This document shows, one piece after another, positions 62,537 to 64,000 of a DNA stretch of 64,000 bases; position 1 is the stretch's first letter; the number at the start of each line of letters is the position of its first letter. Made by a program: the position numbers and the translations under genes. Source of the DNA: Mobula hypostoma (lineage: Eukaryota); assembly GCF_963921235.1 (NCBI RefSeq), contig NC_086108.1, positions 20,150,001 to 20,214,000 of the forward strand, read 5' to 3'. The notes below the pieces were generated by a model that searched no databases, was not told where the DNA came from, and worked only from the letters and a program-made list of their open reading frames with translations.

Positions 62537-64000
62537 AGACCATAAGACAAAGGAGCAGAATTCGGCCATTCGGCCCATCGAGTATGCTCCGCCATTTTAT
62601 CATGAGCTGATCCATTCTTCCGTTTAGTCCCACTCCCCTGCCTTCTCACCATAACCTTTGATGCCTGGCTACTCAGATACCTATCAATCTCTGCCTTAAA
62701 TACACCCAATGACTTGGCCTCCACTGCTGCCCGTGGTAACAAATTCCACAGATTCACCACCCTCTGACTAAAAAAATTTCTTCGCATTTCTGTTCTGAAG
62801 GGGGCGCCCTTCAGTCCTTAAGTCATGCCCCCTCGTACTAGACTCCTCCATCATGGGAAACAACTTTGCCAATATCCACTCTGTCCATGCCTTTCAACAT
62901 TCGAAATGTTTCTATGAGGTCTCCCCTCATTCTTCTAAACTCCAAGGAATACAGTCCAAGAGCGGACAAATGTTCCTCCTATGTTAACCCTCTCATTCCT
63001 GGAATCATTCTAGTGAATCTTCTCTGTACCCTCTCCAACGTCAGCACATCCTTTCTTAAACAAGGAGACCAAAACTGCCCACAGTACTCCGTGAGGTCTC
63101 ACCAGTGCCTTATGGAGCCTCAACATCACATCCTTGCTCCTACACTCTATTCCTCTAGAAATGAATGCCAACATTGCATTTGCCTTCTTCACTACTGACT
63201 CAACCTGGAGGTTAACTTTAAGGGTATCCTGTACAAGAACTCCCAAGTCCCGTTGCATCTCAGAACTTTGAATTCTTTCCCCATTTAAATAATAGTCTGC
63301 CCGTTTGTTTTTTCTGCCAAAGTGCATAACCATACACTTTCCAACATTGTACTTCATTTGCCACTTCTCTGCCCATTCTTCCAATCTATCCAAGTCTCTC
63401 TGCAGACTTTCCGTTTCCTCAGCACTACCAGCCCCTCCACCTATCTTCGTATCATCAGCAAACTTAGCCACAAAGCCATCTATTCCATATTCCAAATAGT
63501 TGATGTACAATGTAAAAAGAAGCAGTCCCAACACGGACCCCTGTGGAACACCACTGGTAACCGGCTGCCAACCAGAATAGGATCCCTTTATTCCCACTCT
63601 CTGTTTCCTGCCAATCAGCCAATGCTCTATCCACGTATGTAACTTTCCCGTAATTCCATGGGCTCTTATCTTGTTAAGTAGCCTCATGTGTGGTACCTTG
63701 TCAAAGGCCTTCTGAAAATCCAAGTATACAACATCCACTGCATCTCCCTTGTCTAGCCTACTGGTAATTTCCTCAAAAAATTGTAATAGGTTTGTCAGGC
63801 AGGATTTTCCTTTAAGGAATCCATGCTGAGTTCTGCCTATCTTGTCATATGCCTCCAGGTACTCTGTAACCTCATCCATGACAATCGACTCCAAAAACTT
63901 CCCAACCACCGAAGTCAAGCTAACAGGTCTATAATTTCCTTTTTGCTTCCTTGCCCCCTTCTTAATTGCGGAGTGACATTTGCAATCTTCCAGTCCTCCG
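62537..64000 (-). mobile_element. CR1 subfamily C, 3' part (runs off window end)
   Basis: ORF 63010-63918 with RT motifs; near-identical to 30676-31288 + 34968-35826. Confidence 0.93.

Noticed and set aside
47119..64000. Upstream FAM20B exons
   Set aside because: No segment encoding the expected CYYC or HPW-type motifs was found by eye; presumed beyond the window.
1..64000. CRISPR array, rRNA or prokaryotic operon
   Set aside because: No regularly spaced repeats or rRNA motifs; the sequence is intron-containing vertebrate DNA.

Overview
Vertebrate genomic DNA, by inference from the repeat complement a cartilaginous fish (ray or shark). Most of the window is deeply nested retroelements: at least six CR1 LINE subfamilies, two near-full-length L1s, a Gmr1-like Gypsy with a SCAN-domain Gag and tRNA-Pro PBS, Rex/Babar LINE remnants, several SINE and non-autonomous families, a Buster-type hAT and a Tigger-like element. 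The only host gene I can support is FAM20B (glycosaminoglycan xylosylkinase). Its last three coding exons lie on the minus strand (47118-46927, 46156-46097, 44673-44439) and no upstream exon was found in the window. The most notable hidden structure is a complete HDV-like double-pseudoknot ribozyme fold (38484-38675) with an atypical hairpin in L3, at the 5' end of a ~546-bp non-coding RTE-like insertion. There are also three Penelope-type minimal hammerhead motifs, one belonging to an element split by ~12 kb of nested CR1s. All calls were made by eye; no database search or folding program was run.
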